DNA from: Podarcis liolepis
Taxonomy: Eukaryota
NCBI GenBank assembly: GCA_965112155.1
Contig: OZ218100.1
Reading direction: 5' to 3' (one strand)
DNA: 64,000 nucleotides
Shown: one piece after another, positions 63,635 to 64,000 of the stretch
How the letters are laid out: each line of letters opens with the position of its first letter
Position numbering within the stretch: the first letter of the stretch is position 1
Notes under the pieces: model-generated
Database searches by the model: none
Told to the model about the DNA's origin: nothing
Seen by the model: the letters and a program-made list of their open reading frames with translations, nothing else
Translations under genes and position numbers: made by a program

Positions 63635-64000
63635 CCGTTATCTCAGCTACCGGGTTTTTCTGTCCTCCACCAGTCACGGGCTGTGGGCCGGGGGGGAGGG
63701 GTGGCACTATTAATCCGGGAAGATTGTTCTTTCAGGGCTCTACCACCGCCACCGATCCCCGGCATTGAATGTGTTGGCCTAGTGTGGGGCTCCGAGGTGA
63801 GCTTGGCTGTCTGGCTGGTGTACCGGCCACCTAGCGCACCAGCAGCCACCCTGTCAGGCCTGCTGGAGGCGGTGGCCGGCTGGGCCTTGGAGTTCCCTAA
63901 CCTATTGGTATTGGGGGACTTCAACATCCATGCCGATGCCACTCCCTCCTCACAGGCTCTGGACCTGGTGTCTTCCATGGCAACACTAGGGCTCTCCCAG
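63635..64000 (+). mobile_element. L2-clade LINE ORF2, AP-endonuclease region, open to the window edge
   Basis: Uninterrupted frame 63647-64000: LPGFSVLHQSRAVGRGGGVALLIRED...LVYRPP...LLVLGDFNIHAD...MATLGLSQ. GGGVA, YRPP and GDFNIH are APE motifs of L2/CR1-group LINEs. GC- and CpG-rich relative to the flank. Not in the ORF track because there is no stop inside the window. Confidence 0.88.

Noticed and set aside
1-64000. CRISPR arrays, operons, rRNA or other prokaryotic systems
   Set aside because: No repeat-spacer arrays or dense coding; the content is vertebrate retroposon-rich DNA.

Overview
This is eukaryotic, CpG-poor, repeat-rich DNA that reads as intronic or intergenic sequence of a squamate reptile. 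It is most likely a lacertid lizard, inferred from Sauria/Squam1-type SINEs, Squam3-like SINEs and Bov-B 3' ends. I could not recognise any host protein-coding gene; nearly all ORFs in the track are chance frames or repeat translations. The standout feature is a 1,792-bp Chapaev3-type (CMC superfamily) DNA transposon at 29712-31503. It has both ends, TAA target-site duplications (TSDs) and a CpG-rich, nearly intact DDE transposase catalytic region, but the N-terminus is missing. Its two ends share four sequence blocks, each exactly 10 bp further from the right tip than from the left tip. The rest is layered SINEs, Bov-B/CR1/L2/L1 fragments, solo LTRs with 5-bp TSDs, hAT, Tc1/mariner and Harbinger-like MITEs, microsatellites, a 280-N gap, and an open L2 endonuclease frame running off the right edge. 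Several splice-site-bounded segments and motif clusters are given only as low-confidence candidates. Repeat family names come from recalled consensus features, not from a database search.
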